Shown here in pieces: positions 1 through 11,596 of a stretch of DNA of 47,642 nt (position 1 is its first letter; the number at the start of each line of letters is the position of its first letter). The notes beneath the pieces are model-generated. The model did no database searches. It saw only the letters and a list, made by a program, of their open reading frames with translations, and was not told the origin of the DNA. The position numbers and the translations under genes are program-made. Source of the DNA: Octopus bimaculoides (Eukaryota); the NCBI RefSeq assembly GCF_001194135.2, contig NC_069004.1, positions 7,373,424 through 7,421,065 of the forward strand, read 5' to 3'.

Positions 1-70
1 AAAAAAAAAAAAAAAAAAAGCCCAAATTCTTTTTTGTTTCTTTAACATTTCTATTTTCATTTTTTTGCAG

Positions 71-196
71 AATGATGTAAAACCGATTGTATTACGAAAG
101 CGTCGACAACGAATCAAAAGTGAAGCAAACTGGCTTCTCTTTTACCATCATTTCAACCATGATCATGCCAGACCAAATTTAATTTGGAACTACAAG
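71..196 (+). CDS. DNAJC13: DNAJC13 exon (NDVKPIVLRKRRQRIK...NLIWNYK), phase 0-0
   Basis: ttgcag| acceptor, |gtatgt donor, 42 codons, IWN motif. Confidence 0.95.
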
Positions 197-730
197 GTAT
201 GTAGAAGGGTTTTTTTTTAATAGTTGTTTTAGTCTTTTTTTTTTTTTATAGTTTTACTCATTTCAGTCATTAGACTGTAACCATGCTGGGGCACCACCTC
301 GAAGAAGTTTTAGTCGTATGAATCGACTCCAATACTTTTTATTTTAAGCCTGGTTCTTATTCTGTCGGTTCCTTTTGCTGAAGTTATGGGGTACATAAAC
401 CCCAGTCGTCAAAGGCATTCCAGCTGCAGAAACTCTGCCTCAGTAAATTCTCTTGGTGTTAAATCATGATGATGGTGAACTTTGACCTTGGGTAAGGCAT
501 TGCCGTCTCTGCTACCACTTATGTTTTCAATGAAGGACACTATTTGGTTTCTCAGCTTGCTAGAAAGAGCAGCCAGATTTCCTTCAAATTATGCTCTCAC
601 CTGTTTTAAAATACGAAAGGACTCATCAGATCATGTACTCTTAGATACACAGTGGTTATCAAGTTTCTTGTTTTTGTGATTTCTGTATTTTTTTATCATA
701 CTGTTTTTATTTCTGCTTTTTTTTCACCAG

Positions 731-875
731 ACGCGAGAAGAGCTACGGGAAGCTTTGGAGAACGAAATGCGAGCGTTCAATGTTGACCGAGAGTTAGGGT
801 CGAATCACGTTATTGCATGGAACCACCAAGAATTTGAAGTACCTTTTAATTGTCTAAGTGATGAAATTAAAATTG
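731..875 (+). CDS. DNAJC13: DNAJC13 exon ([16 protein letters not shown]...DEIKI)
   Basis: caccag| ... g|gtatgg; ends phase 1. Confidence 0.96.
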
Positions 876-1119
876 GTATGGCCCACTTCTGTTATTTTTT
901 GCTTTCTTTCTGTTTGTGTGTGTGTGCGCGCACACTGGCACACACCAATTTTCTTCATCATTCTTCCAAATATTTAATGCCCTTAGCTTAGATTTTGAGA
1001 GCCTACCAATTTTGAACAGTCTCAAGTGTAAAAGGCCGAAACTGTAGTGATGATTGGAAGCTTGACCGATGAAGAGAAAGCCACGAATGTTCTCTCCTGG
1101 TTTACCTATCTGTCTTTGT

Positions 1120-1516
1120 ATCATGTGTGGTAAGTAGCTTGCTTGCTAACCACATGGTTCCGGGTTCAGTCCCACTGCGTGGCACCTTGGGCAAGTGTTT
1201 TCTACTATAGCCTCGGGCCGACCAAAGCCTTATGAATGGATTTGGTAGACGGAAACTGAAAGAAGCCTGTCGTATATATGTATATATATATATATATATG
1301 TATGTGCGTGTGTATGTTTGTGTGTCTGTGTTTGTCCCCCCAACATTGATTGACAATCGATGCTGGTGTGTTTACATCCCCATAACTTAGTGGTTCGGCA
1401 AAAAAGACCGATAGAATAAGTACTAGGCTTACAATGAATAAGTCCTGGGGTCGATATACTCAACTAAAGGCGATGCTCCAGCATGGCCGCAGTCAAATGA
1501 CAAACAAGTAAAAGAG
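1120..1516 (+). mobile_element. tRNA-headed SINE, family A (CORE-like body), near full length
   Basis: A-box-like tgtggtaag, B-box-like ggttcagtccc, caccttgggcaagtg core, (TA)n/(TG)n middle, tail gcatggccgcagtcaaatga...aagtaaaagag; many copies in the window. Confidence 0.85.
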
Positions 1517-2000
1517 TATACACACACACACACACACACATATATATATGGTGCTCATGCCATGTAAAAAGCATTCCATCCACTCTATAAGGTGATTGGC
1601 GTTAGGAAAAGCATCCAGCCATAGAAATCCTGCCAAAACAGACAATTGAAGCCTGGTGTAGCTCTTCGGTTAGCCAGCTTATGTCGAACTGTCCAACCCA
1701 TGCCAGCATGGAAAATAGACATTAAATGATAATGATTATTGTGTGTGTTACTGTCTCATTGTATTGACTTTTTATGATAATTGTAAACAAATGTTAACAA
1801 TCATGCAAGCAGTCTCCTTTATTTTCAATATTCTGAGAGAACATGTCTGGCTGTGGGGAAATATTACCTTAGTTGGAAACAGGTGAGGGTTGGCATCAGG
1901 AAGGGCATCCGACTGTAGAAAATCCACCACTACAAGTCTCTGTCTAACCCATACAAGCATGGGAAAGTGGACATTAAGATAATAATAACAATCCTTTCTA

Positions 2001-2372
2001 CATTGACCCCAGTACTCAACTGGTACTTTATTTATCGACCCTGAAAGGATGAAAGTCAAAGTCGACCTCGGCAGAATTTGAACTCAGAATGTAAAGGCAG
2101 ACGAAATGCCGCTAAGCATTTCGCCCAGCGTGCTAACATTTCTTATTTCTTTACTGCCCACAAGGGGCTACACACAGAGGGGACAAACAAGGAGAGACAA
2201 ACGGATTAAGTCGATTATATCGACTCCAGTGTGTAACTGGTACTTATTTAATCGACCCCGAAAGGATGAAAGGCAAAGTCGACCTCGGCGGAATTCGAAC
2301 TCAGAACGTAGCGGCAGACGAAATACCGCTAAGCATTTCGCACGTCGCGTTAATGTTTCTGCCAGCTCGCTG
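2001..2372 (-). mobile_element. Two tandem copies of tRNA-headed SINE family C (Nin/Deu-like domain)
   Basis: Reverse complement of gagctggcagaa...ttctgagttcaaattcc...gactttgcctttcatcctttcggggtcgataaa twice; domain name from memory. Confidence 0.8.
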
Positions 2373-2602
2373 CCTTTAAAATGATAATAATATAATATAA
2401 TAATAATAATAATAATGATGATGATGATTTTGATTGTATGTGTTAGTGTTCCCTTACTTTGACATCATGTTACTGGAAAATCTGTCTTGTTGGATTCCGT
2501 CTCAGCCATGGAAGTATGGAAATGTGAGTGTTAAAGTGAGGCCACTGTCACTGATGATGATGATGATGATAAAAAGAAAAGAGGAGAGACATTGTGTATG
2601 TA

Positions 2603-2661
<59 letters not shown>

Positions 2662-3139
2662 CAGTGAGTTCTTTCGGATACTCATTGAACCGGCCTCTCT
2701 GCTGCTGTCTACAATATGAACGAGCTCCTTGACAACAATAACAACTTTGAGTGTTTACATATTGGCTGTTTCTGAGAGGGCTACACTACTGCTGGTTTGG
2801 TGTTGGGGAAGGAAGGAATGTTACTCAACATCTACTACTACTACTACTACAACATCAGTTGTATATACTGGCTACTTCTGAGAGAGCTCTGCTGTTGCCA
2901 GTTGGAGGCGGGGAAAGGATGTTGCATAACTGCTACTACTACTACTATTGCTGCTGCTGCTTCAGTTGTTTATATTGGCATCTCACTTTTCATAGTTTAA
3001 CAGTAGAAGAGTCGACTAGAGCTACTTGACATTAACAATACAACCATGAACATCACCTTCAGTTATATCAGAACAAAGAGGTGCAAACGTGGCTGTGTGG
3101 TTAAAATGCTTATTTCCCAACCACATGGTTTCAAGTTCA

Positions 3140-3890
3140 AAATGTTGAGCCAGCTCAACTGTTAACCCTGTAATAAATTGCCACTGTTCAACAGTTTGCC
3201 CTGTAACAGATTGTTACGGCTTTGCCCCACAGTTCACCACTTAACTCTATAATACATTACCATAATTCAACTGTATATCCTATAATAAATTTGCCAGGTT
3301 AACAATTTGCCCTGTAATAGATCATCACGGGTTTGCCCCATAATGCATTGCCACAGTTCACCAGTTTGCCCTGTAAAATGTAACCACAATTTAAGTTTGC
3401 CCTGTAATACATTTCCACAATTCTGCAATTTGCCCTGTAATAATAGATTGTCACAGCTTTCCCACAGTTCACCCGTTTGTGCTGTCATACATCAGCACAA
3501 TTCAACAGTTTGCCCTGTAATAAATTTCATAGGTCAACAATTTGCCCTGTGATAAATTGCCACAGATTTGCCCTATAATGTATTGTCACATTACATTATT
3601 TCACCCTGTAATACTCGTGCATTGTCACAATTCACCAGCTTGCCCTGTAATAAGTTTGCTGGGTCAACAGTTTGCCCCGTAATAGATAGTCACAGCTTTG
3701 CCCCATAATGCACTGTCACAGTTCAACAGCTTACCCTGTAATACATTTCCACTATTCAGCAATTTGCCCTGTAATAATAGATCGTCACAGCTTTCCCACA
3801 GTTCACCTGTTTGCCCTGTAATATATCATCATAATTCAACAGTTTGCCCTGTAATAAATTTCACGGGTCATCAGTTTACCCTGTAATATG
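3140..3890. repeat. ~32-nt minisatellite (core tttgccctgtaata) with a higher-order ~333-nt duplication
   Basis: >20 copies of the core at ~32-nt spacing; 3399-3549 is near-identical to 3732-3882. Confidence 0.9.
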
Positions 3891-4047
3891 TTATTAAGAT
3901 CTGCTTTGTAACACTTTATTATTGCTACGGTTAACCTTGTAACACATGGCTTCATGTCAACCAGAGTTATAAGGCAAACAGACAGGCATGTCATGTTATC
4001 CCACTTTCCAAATAGACATAACATTTGTTTTTCTCTATTTATCCAAG

Positions 4048-4117
4048 GTGACTATTATCTGCGTTTACTACTGGAGGAAGGGGAAGAATCCACCGAGACG
4101 TTAGGCATAAAGCGATC
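4048..4117 (+). CDS. DNAJC13: DNAJC13 exon (GDYYLRLLLEE...IKRS)
   Basis: ccaag| acceptor, tc|gtaagt donor; phase 1-2; missed by the ORF track. Confidence 0.94.
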
Positions 4118-4194
4118 GTAAGTAGACTTTCTCCCTCTGTCTGTCTGTCCGTCTCTATACTTACACACACACACACACCCATACATATATGAAC

Positions 4195-4432
4195 ATCATC
4201 ATCATCATCGTCGTTTAACGTCCGCTTTCCATGCTAGCAATGGGTTGGACGATTTGACTGAGGACTGGTGAACCAGATGGCTACACCAGGCTCCAATCTG
4301 ATTTGGCAGAGTTTCTACAGCTGGATGCCCTTCCTAACGCCAACCACTCAGAGAGTGTAGAGAGTGCTTTTATGTGCCACCGGCACGAAGGCCAGTCAGG
4401 CGGTACTGGCAATGGCCATGATGATGATATGT
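4195..4432 (-). mobile_element. RTE-type LINE 3' end, (GAT)n tail, young subfamily
   Basis: Near-exact reverse complement of copies at 19200-19402 and 20180-20375. Confidence 0.85.
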
Positions 4433-4629
4433 ACATATGTTGTGGTGTCTTTTGTACATGACTGATAAGCTTCAGGCAATTTCATTTCCCTTGCTGAACA
4501 ACCTCCACTGATGATTTTGCTTACGGTGGTCAAATGTTTGTGTTGCACATTAACGAACTCCCGCCATTAGATTGACATTGCCTGAACAGTGGCTTGGTTT
4601 GTCACACGTTTGATATCTGAGTGATTGCA

Positions 4630-4742
4630 GAGCAACGTGAAATGAAGTGTTTTGTTCAAGAACACAACACACTGCATGGTCCAGGAATCACTGTCACAAT
4701 CTTGCTGTTGTGGGTTTCAACACCCTAATCACTTGGCCATGC
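4630..4742 (-). mobile_element. tRNA-headed SINE family D, head fragment
   Basis: Reverse complement of the head at 24884-24998 (ttgtgttcttgagc...acacttcatttcacgttg). Confidence 0.65.
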
Positions 4743-5004
4743 ATAAAAATCGTGCCAGAACAGACAATTGGAGTCTGGTGCCTTCCTCTGGCTTGTCAGC
4801 TCCTGTTAAACTGTCCAACCCATGCCAGCATGGAAAGCGGACATTAAATAATGATGATGTGTGTTGTTTGATTACCAGTTATGAATTCTTCAAACCTCTA
4901 CCACACATACACACATACTTTCTCTCTCTTTCTCTGTCTCTCTCTCTGTTTCAAACATATATGTTTATATATGTGTATATATATCTCTGTTGTTTAATTA
5001 CCAG

Positions 5005-5164
5005 TTATGAATTCTTCAATGACCTCTACCACCGTTTCCTGCTGACCACCAAAATTCCAATGAAGTGCATGTGTTTGCAGGCAATGGCAATAGTATATGG
5101 TAAATGCCACCAAGAAATTGGTCCATTCAATGATACACGTTATATTATTGGCATGCTGGAAAGA
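5005..5164 (+). CDS. DNAJC13: DNAJC13 exon ([14 protein letters not shown]...IIGMLER)
   Basis: accag| ... aga|gtaagt; phase 2-0. Confidence 0.96.
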
Positions 5165-5321
5165 GTAAGTATTCCTCCTCCTCTCACCCTTTATCTCCCT
5201 CCTCCTCCTCCTCCTCCTTCCCCCACCATGCCTCCCTCCCTTGGTGGGGGCCACCTTTTGGAGAAGCAAATGTAAAGTGGTTACAATGTGTGTGTGTTTT
5301 GTGCGTAGGCACTAGCATGGC

Positions 5322-5558
5322 CAAAGGTTCTAAACCTAGTTTATTTATCACAGACATGGGCTGAAAGCGAGGAAATGAACAAAAAAGATTTTTTTTCAAG
5401 AAGTTTAGCCATAGATCGATTTCTAGTTTAGTGATGTAATACCACTTTACTGTCCTCAGAATGACATAACCAGAAAAAAAAAAGACAATCTGTTTTTGTT
5501 CATTCCCTCACATTCAGCCTGTGTCTGTGTGATAAATAAAGTAATTTTAGAGCCTTTG
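5322..5558. mobile_element. MITE-like inverted repeat (~70-nt arms)
   Basis: caaaggttctaaa...tttatttatcacagacatgggctgaa...gaacaaaaaagatt pairs with aatctgtttttgttc...ttcagcctgtgtctgtgtgataaataaa...tttagagcctttg. Confidence 0.75.
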
Positions 5559-5825
5559 ACATCTTCTTCTAGCATGTGGCATTACTTGGAAGTTGCCCTT
5601 ATTATAATTTTATCATTATATTTATAAAATTAAATACTTTGTGTGTGTCCCTCTTCCCCCGTAAAGGGTGTTTTTACTGGTGTCTGTCTGTGTGTCTTGT
5701 GTTTGAATTGCTGTCTATGTCTTTAAATGCATAGTTTCACTTTTAAATTAAGCATGAAACCAATATAATTGTTGAATTTCTTAAGCATTTGTGTGTACCT
5801 AATAACTTTGCAATTTCATTTTCAG

Positions 5826-5888
5826 TGTACAGACAGACTAGAAAGGGATCGATTGATCTTGTTCCTGAACAAATTGATATTACACACG
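5826..5888 (+). CDS. DNAJC13: DNAJC13 exon (CTDRLERDRLILFLNKLILHT)
   Basis: ttcag| ... acg|gtgagt; 21 codons. Confidence 0.95.
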
Positions 5889-6496
5889 GTGAGTACTGTA
5901 CTTTTGTACTGTATATTTTGTTGATAATTTTGGGATTTCATTCTTCAGTGATATGGCAGATTTGGTTAGGGTGTTGTACAAATGATCATGTATTTTGTTA
6001 CATCACTTTAACCTATATGTGATGATGATGATGAATTAATGAACACAGTATATTTTTACGAGCTACTAATAGTTTCATGCCTCCAAACAATCTCCAGGCT
6101 GTACTCAAATGGCATATACAAACTAAAAACGAATAGGGTAGTTTACAAGCTAGTATACATATATATCTGGTGGCCTGTAAAAATCGCTGAGTGCACTCTG
6201 TTAAGTGGTTGGCATTAGGAAGGGTATCCAGTCGTAGAAACCATGCCACAAAAGACAATTGGAGTCAGAACAGCTATCCAGCTGCATGCCAAACCGTCCA
6301 ACCCATACTAGCATGGAAAATGGACGTTAAATGATGTTGATGATAATGTGTGTGTTTGTGTATTTTCAGTTACATGGATACCCTGCATTACATTTCTTTG
6401 TTTTGAATTATTGTGTGGTCTGATAGCCAAGTCTGTTAGAAGAGCTTTCTGTGATAGCCACATGAGTCTATGAATCCATATCTTATACTACAAATT

Positions 6497-6528
<32 letters not shown>

Positions 6529-6677
6529 TATTTTCTGCAAATGATTGCAGAATTGGTGCGTTGAACAAAAATGCCTTGTTTATCGTTTGTTAAATTCTAT
6601 CTGAAATAATTTCATCAGTTTCTAAATATATCTGATACTTAACGAGTATTTATTCTGTTTCCATTGTTTTATTTCAG

Positions 6678-6779
6678 AAAAACATCAAAGAAATTCTTGA
6701 TTCAAATGGAATTAAAATCCTTGTAGATTTGCTAACTTTAGCTCACCTACACACCAGCAGGGCAGTTGTTCCCTTACAG
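6678..6779 (+). CDS. DNAJC13: DNAJC13 exon ([11 protein letters not shown]...RAVVPLQ)
   Basis: tttcag| ... cag|gtaagg; 34 codons. Confidence 0.95.
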
Positions 6780-7009
6780 GTAAGGGCTTTAGGGTCCAAA
6801 TAATTTATTGAATTTTAATTCTCTGTAATATGTAGCAGCAGGGTCCCAGGTAGTAGTCTGTTAGTCTATGGTTGGTCTAACTCTAGCTCATCTACACACC
6901 AACAAGGGCAGTTGGTTCCTTACTAGTAAAGGGATTGAGGGCTCCTTTATTGTTTGATTGGTTGTTCATTCTTTCTAATGTGTTGTAGCAGCAGTGTTGT
7001 CCCAGTCTT

Positions 7010-7476
7010 ATGTTCCAGTCATTAAACTGCAGTCACGCTGGGGCACAACCTTCAAGAATTTTAGCTGAATGAAAGGACCCCAGGGTGATCTTTCGGTACC
7101 TGATCCCATAACTTCCGTAGTTGTGCACATGCATACTGATTACATTATCGTATAGTGTGTTTATGTGTTTAAAGTTTGAGAACTGTATGAATCTGAGGGG
7201 AGAAGGTTTGAGTTTAGTGGGCCATTCATCTTTTTTTTTTCTATTTAATGTTGTCTTTTCATATTTTCAAGTCATTTAAAAACATAAACACACTATGCGA
7301 TAATGTAATCAATATGCGTGCGCACAACGACCGGAAGTTAAGGGATCTAGTACCGAAAGATCGCCGGACCCCAGTAGTTATTTTTTTAAGCCTGATACTT
7401 AGTTTCTCAGTCTCTTTTGCGGAACTGCTTGGTTATGGTGGCATAAACATATCAACACTAGTTGCCAAGTGGTGGC
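7010..7476 (-). mobile_element. SINE A 3' half split by the MITE
   Basis: ttcagtcattaaactgcag... resumes after the MITE as tagttatttttttaagcctg... Confidence 0.75.
7084..7365. mobile_element. 282-nt MITE with ~90-nt TIRs and 9-nt TSD (Mutator/Merlin-like), nested in a SINE A copy
   Basis: TSD ggaccccag at 7075-7083 and 7366-7374; TIR ggtgatctttcggtac... / ...gtaccgaaagatcgcc. Confidence 0.9.
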
Positions 7477-7489
7477 AAGGGCGCTCACA

Positions 7490-7820
7490 CGTGTGATTTG
7501 AGCAAAGTCGAATCCAACCTCGGGACCAACTTTGTGCAAGCATGAAAGCATACTGGCAAAACGCTGCTCCTCTAAATGGAAACCTTACCTCTCGTTGTGG
7601 GTTTTGTGACATGAAGCAAAGCAAGTCTTGCCATCCACTCAAGAAGAAGACACATAGTAAATAATCCACAAGCAAACTGAGTTCCAACTTGTTCTATTTG
7701 CCAAAAGGTTTGCAAGGTACCAGCAGGGCCCCAAGAGATGCCTTTGTGTCCATACAACATGATTAACGGTTTAATTTACTGAAGCCTCATTTGTCGTTCA
7801 TGACAAGAGAATCCATCATA
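7490..7820 (+). mobile_element. Degenerate LINE ORF2 C-terminus with zinc-finger remnants (RTE-like)
   Basis: Fragments FEQSRIQ..., RCGFCD and PTCSICQKVCKVPAGPKRCLCVHTT* with stops and frameshifts. Confidence 0.55.
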
Positions 7821-7975
7821 TAGGTATGTAGGCAGAAGTCTGTTGCAGGACTAACTTTAGGCTCTTGGCCTTAGTGGTTGGTATCTTGTCTCAAATATGT
7901 AATAGAATATAATTTTAATTAACGTTTCATCTCATTTAGGCAATTAATGTCCTGTTCTAATTTTGGTCGTTCCAG

Positions 7976-8080
7976 AGTAACCTTCTGGAAGCTGGTGTTG
8001 ACATGAAACGAGAAAGTGAAAAAGAATGGTATTATGGGAATGCTGACAAAGAACGCTTGGGACCATATAGCTATGAAGAG
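7976..8080 (+). CDS. DNAJC13: DNAJC13 exon ([21 protein letters not shown]...SYEE), GYF-like region
   Basis: tccag| ... gag|gtgagt; 35 codons. Confidence 0.96.
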
Positions 8081-8934
8081 GTGAGTACACTGGATCGTAA
8101 TATCACCATCATCATGATCATCATCATCGTCTTCATTATCTTCATCGTTGTCATTATCATTAGTCTCATCGTCATCATCGTATTTCTGTCCTCCCATTCT
8201 AACATGGATTTTGCAAGTCTCTTCTATCATAGCATGTGTATACTTCTTCCATGCCTCCTTTATCTTACACATCCAACAGAAAAACCTACGAATCTTTATT
8301 GTTGTGGCTGCTTTATTTTATTTTAGCATGAGTCTCATGGTTAGCTGTCTTCCTTATCTCCAACAACTTAACAGCATAGACTGGATGCATTTCTGAACAG
8401 TCTTAGGGTTCCCCTCGTTGAATACATTACTCAGTTAGTCGAATTACGATATGTCCTGAGGTTCATGTCTGTCCTATGATAGCATGATTTCCTCCAAATA
8501 TATTACATCTTCTAATATCTTTCTCAATAGAACAGTCTGGAAGTGTTTTTCACTGAGTATGGTGAGCATTTTTTTTTTTTTTTTGTGAACCTTATGAAGA
8601 AGTTGGCAGAGGACTGAGACATGTGGTACATTGCTGTACTTGAGAAACCTGCCTACCATAACAAAATTGAAATCCTAAAACCAAGGTATATTGTAAAAAA
8701 AACATTGGTATCGATGCTGGTGTCACCTAAAAAGCACTCAGGACACTCTGTAAGGGGAGAAGACATAGACAGGCTTCCTTCATTCTCTTTTTATGTTCTT
8801 TTCCTTTTATATTCAACCTACCCACTCATAGCTGACTGCTATATCTAGCAAGGTGTCCTGGGAACCTGTCTTTTTCTACCCTGGTTAAATAAGCAGATAG
8901 TTATGTCTCAGAGGCTTACTGTAAGTTAACTATA

Positions 8935-9312
8935 TTCTTTTATTCGTTTCAGTCATGTGACTGCGGCCATGCTGGAGCACCGCCTTTGGTCGAACAAATT
9001 GACCCCAGGACTTATTCTTTTTTGCGTATGCCTGGTACTTATTCCATCAGTCTCTTTTGCCGAACCAACGTAAACACACCAACATCGGTTGTCAAGTGAT
9101 GGTGTGGGGTACAAACACAGACACACAAACATATACATATTTATATATATATATATATATGACAGGCTTCTTTTAGTACCAGATCCATTCAAAAAACTTT
9201 GGTCGGCCTGAGACTATGGTAGAAGACACTTGCCCAAGGTGCCACACAGTGGGACTGAACCCGGAACTATGTGGTTGGTAAGCAAGCTACTTACCACACA
9301 GCCACTCCTGCA
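8935..9312 (-). mobile_element. SINE family A, full length
   Basis: Reverse complement of the 1120-1516 and 20689-21056 copies. Confidence 0.85.
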
Positions 9313-9557
9313 CCTATATAGATATTTTCTTTTAGTCTCAACTAATTTCTAATTACTTTAACTTGTCTTTCATCTTTTACTCGTTTCACTCATTAGATTG
9401 CGCACATGCTGGGGCACTGCCTTGAGGCACAGTCGACACCAGTACTTATTTTCTTCTTAAACCTGGTGCTTGTTCTGTTGGGCTCTTTTGCCAAACTGCT
9501 AAGTTACAGGTGCATAAGCATACCTATACCAGCTGTCAAGCGATGGTGGGGGACAAA

Positions 9558-9588
<31 letters not shown>

Positions 9589-9625
9589 CTCCTCCCTCCT
9601 TATCTCTGGTTGATTTTCGTTTCAG

Positions 9626-9828
9626 ATGAAAAATCTGTGGAATGAGAATGTGATCAATGGAAAAACCCGGTGCTGGGCGCAGGGCATGGATGGCTGGAGA
9701 GCCTTACAGAATGTCACCCAACTCAAGTGGAAGCTGATGGCTACGAGTCAACCCGTCATGAATGAGACTGAACTTGCTAAACTCGTTCTCAGCATGTTGA
9801 TCCGCATCGTTGAACATTACCCCAGCAG
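9626..9828 (+). CDS. DNAJC13: DNAJC13 exon (MKNLWNEN...WAQGMDGW...HYPSR)
   Basis: ttcag| ... ag|gttttt (weak donor); phase 0-2 matches the next exon. Confidence 0.94.
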
Positions 9829-9862
9829 GTTTTTATAGTTTTCTGACCTTTCTCTTTAACCT

Positions 9863-10020
9863 TTAACCCCTTAGCATTTAAACCGACCGTATCTGACCCC
9901 AGATATGTTACCTGTTTTATGTTCTTACTAGCCAGATCCAGCTTATCACACCTTCCTTTCAGTGCTACTCTAAAAATACGCGGCCACATCATCAAGATTT
10001 CGAAGCTGCAAAATAATCCT
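9863..10020. mobile_element. Partial piggyBac-like MITE (TTAA+CCC terminus)
   Basis: ttaaccccttagcatttaaaccgacc...; homologous to 13501-13765. Confidence 0.6.
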
Positions 10021-10451
10021 TTCTACTAAAGGCACAAGGCCTGAAATTGTTGGGGAGGGGACAAGTCAATCACATCGACCCCAGTGTTTCACGGGTACTT
10101 TAGCAGACAAGAACTGAATGAAACCCATCAGATATCTGTGTGCGTGTGTGTGTGTCATTGTTACCTTGTTTGTCCCCAAGCACCGCTTGACAACCGGTGT
10201 TGGTGTGTTTACGTCCCCATAAATCAGCAGTTCTGTAAAAGAGACTGATAGCATAAGTTCCTGGGTCGATTTGTTTGGCTAAAATTCTTCAAGACAGTGC
10301 CCCAGCATGGCCACAATCTGATAAATGAAACCAGTAGAAGATAGAAAATATGCTTATTCACACACACACACACACACACACACGCGCACGCGCGCACACT
10401 GAGATGTATGCAAATAATGTTTTAATCGTTGGTTGTCTCCCTTGTTTGCAG

Positions 10452-10536
10452 AGATATTGACGGTGCTATCGTTCGACCTCTTCCACGTGCTAAAAGATTG
10501 CTGTCTGATGCTGCCTCTTTACCTCACATAGTTCAG
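10452..10536 (+). CDS. DNAJC13: DNAJC13 exon ([12 protein letters not shown]...LPHIVQ)
   Basis: ttgcag| ... cag|gtaaga; phase 2-0. Confidence 0.95.
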
Positions 10537-11596
10537 GTAAGATTCGATCCCTTGTTGTTGTTGTGTCTGTTGGTTGTTGTTTAACCCTTGGTCAGTCCTG
10601 ATAAAGTTCAAAAGTATTGCTGTTATGATCATCCTCTCAGTTGTGGACAACATTGTCCAGTGTGCTCTTTTCTTATAAGCCAGTTGAATGAATTGAGGCT
10701 CATTTGGCTACTATTTCTAGAAAATCAAACAGCCATGTAGAACAGCGGTTCTTGACCATTTTCTTTTTGTTTATTATTTCACTCTGATGGACTCTGCCAT
10801 TGTCGCTAAGTGGGTAGAGAGTTCGACTCTTGATCGTAAGGTTATGAGTTCAAATCCCAAGACACTTTATTTCACATTACTCCAGTACACCCATCATCAT
10901 CATTTAACGTCCTTTGTCCATCCAGCGGTTCTTGAGATATCTTGTCCACGGACAAATAAACAAACAAACATGACTGGAAACAATACCTCCGCCAGGGTTG
11001 GACGATTTGACTGAAGACTGGCGGACCAGATGGCTGCACCAGGCTCCAATCTGATCTGGCTGAGTTTCTACAGCTAGATGCCCTTCCTAATGATAATAAT
11101 AATAATAATGATGATGATGATGATAATAATAATCTTTTCTGCTATAGGCACAAGGCCTGGGTTATGTGGGGAGAGGGACAATTGATCACATCCATCCCCA
11201 ACATCGCTTCACAACCGATGCTGGTGTATTTACGTCCCCATAACCTAGCGGTTCAGCAAAAAGATACTGATAAAGTAAGTACTAGGCTTACAAAGAATAA
11301 GTCCTGGTGTCGATTTCCTCGACTAGAGGCAGTGCTCCAGCATGGCCACAGTCAAATGACTGAAACAAGTAAAAGAGAGTAATGGTTTCAAATTTTGGCA
11401 CAAGGCCAACAATTTCGTGGGAGTGTGCATGTTGATTAGATTGATCTCCAGTGCTCAACAGGTACTTGTTTTATTAACCCCGAAATGGGATTAGAAGCAA
11501 AGTAAACCCCTACATAAATGTCTTTTAGTAATGAACTCTTACAGAAGCTGATATATGTAATGTTTTTTTTTTTTTTGTTTCTTCTTTTGATTTCAG

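Noticed and set aside
2545-2570. CTGATGA strings elsewhere (also ~4507, ~29334) as hammerhead cores
   Set aside because: Part of (GAT)n repeats, or lacking stem II and the GAAA/NUH elements
3140-3890. CRISPR-like repeat-spacer appearance
   Set aside because: Eukaryotic intron; the core is short and degenerate, spacers are related to each other, and there are no cas genes. It is a minisatellite.
5165-5275. Poly-proline extension of the 207-aa ORF
   Set aside because: Lies past a consensus aga|gtaagt donor; it is a (CCT)n intron repeat
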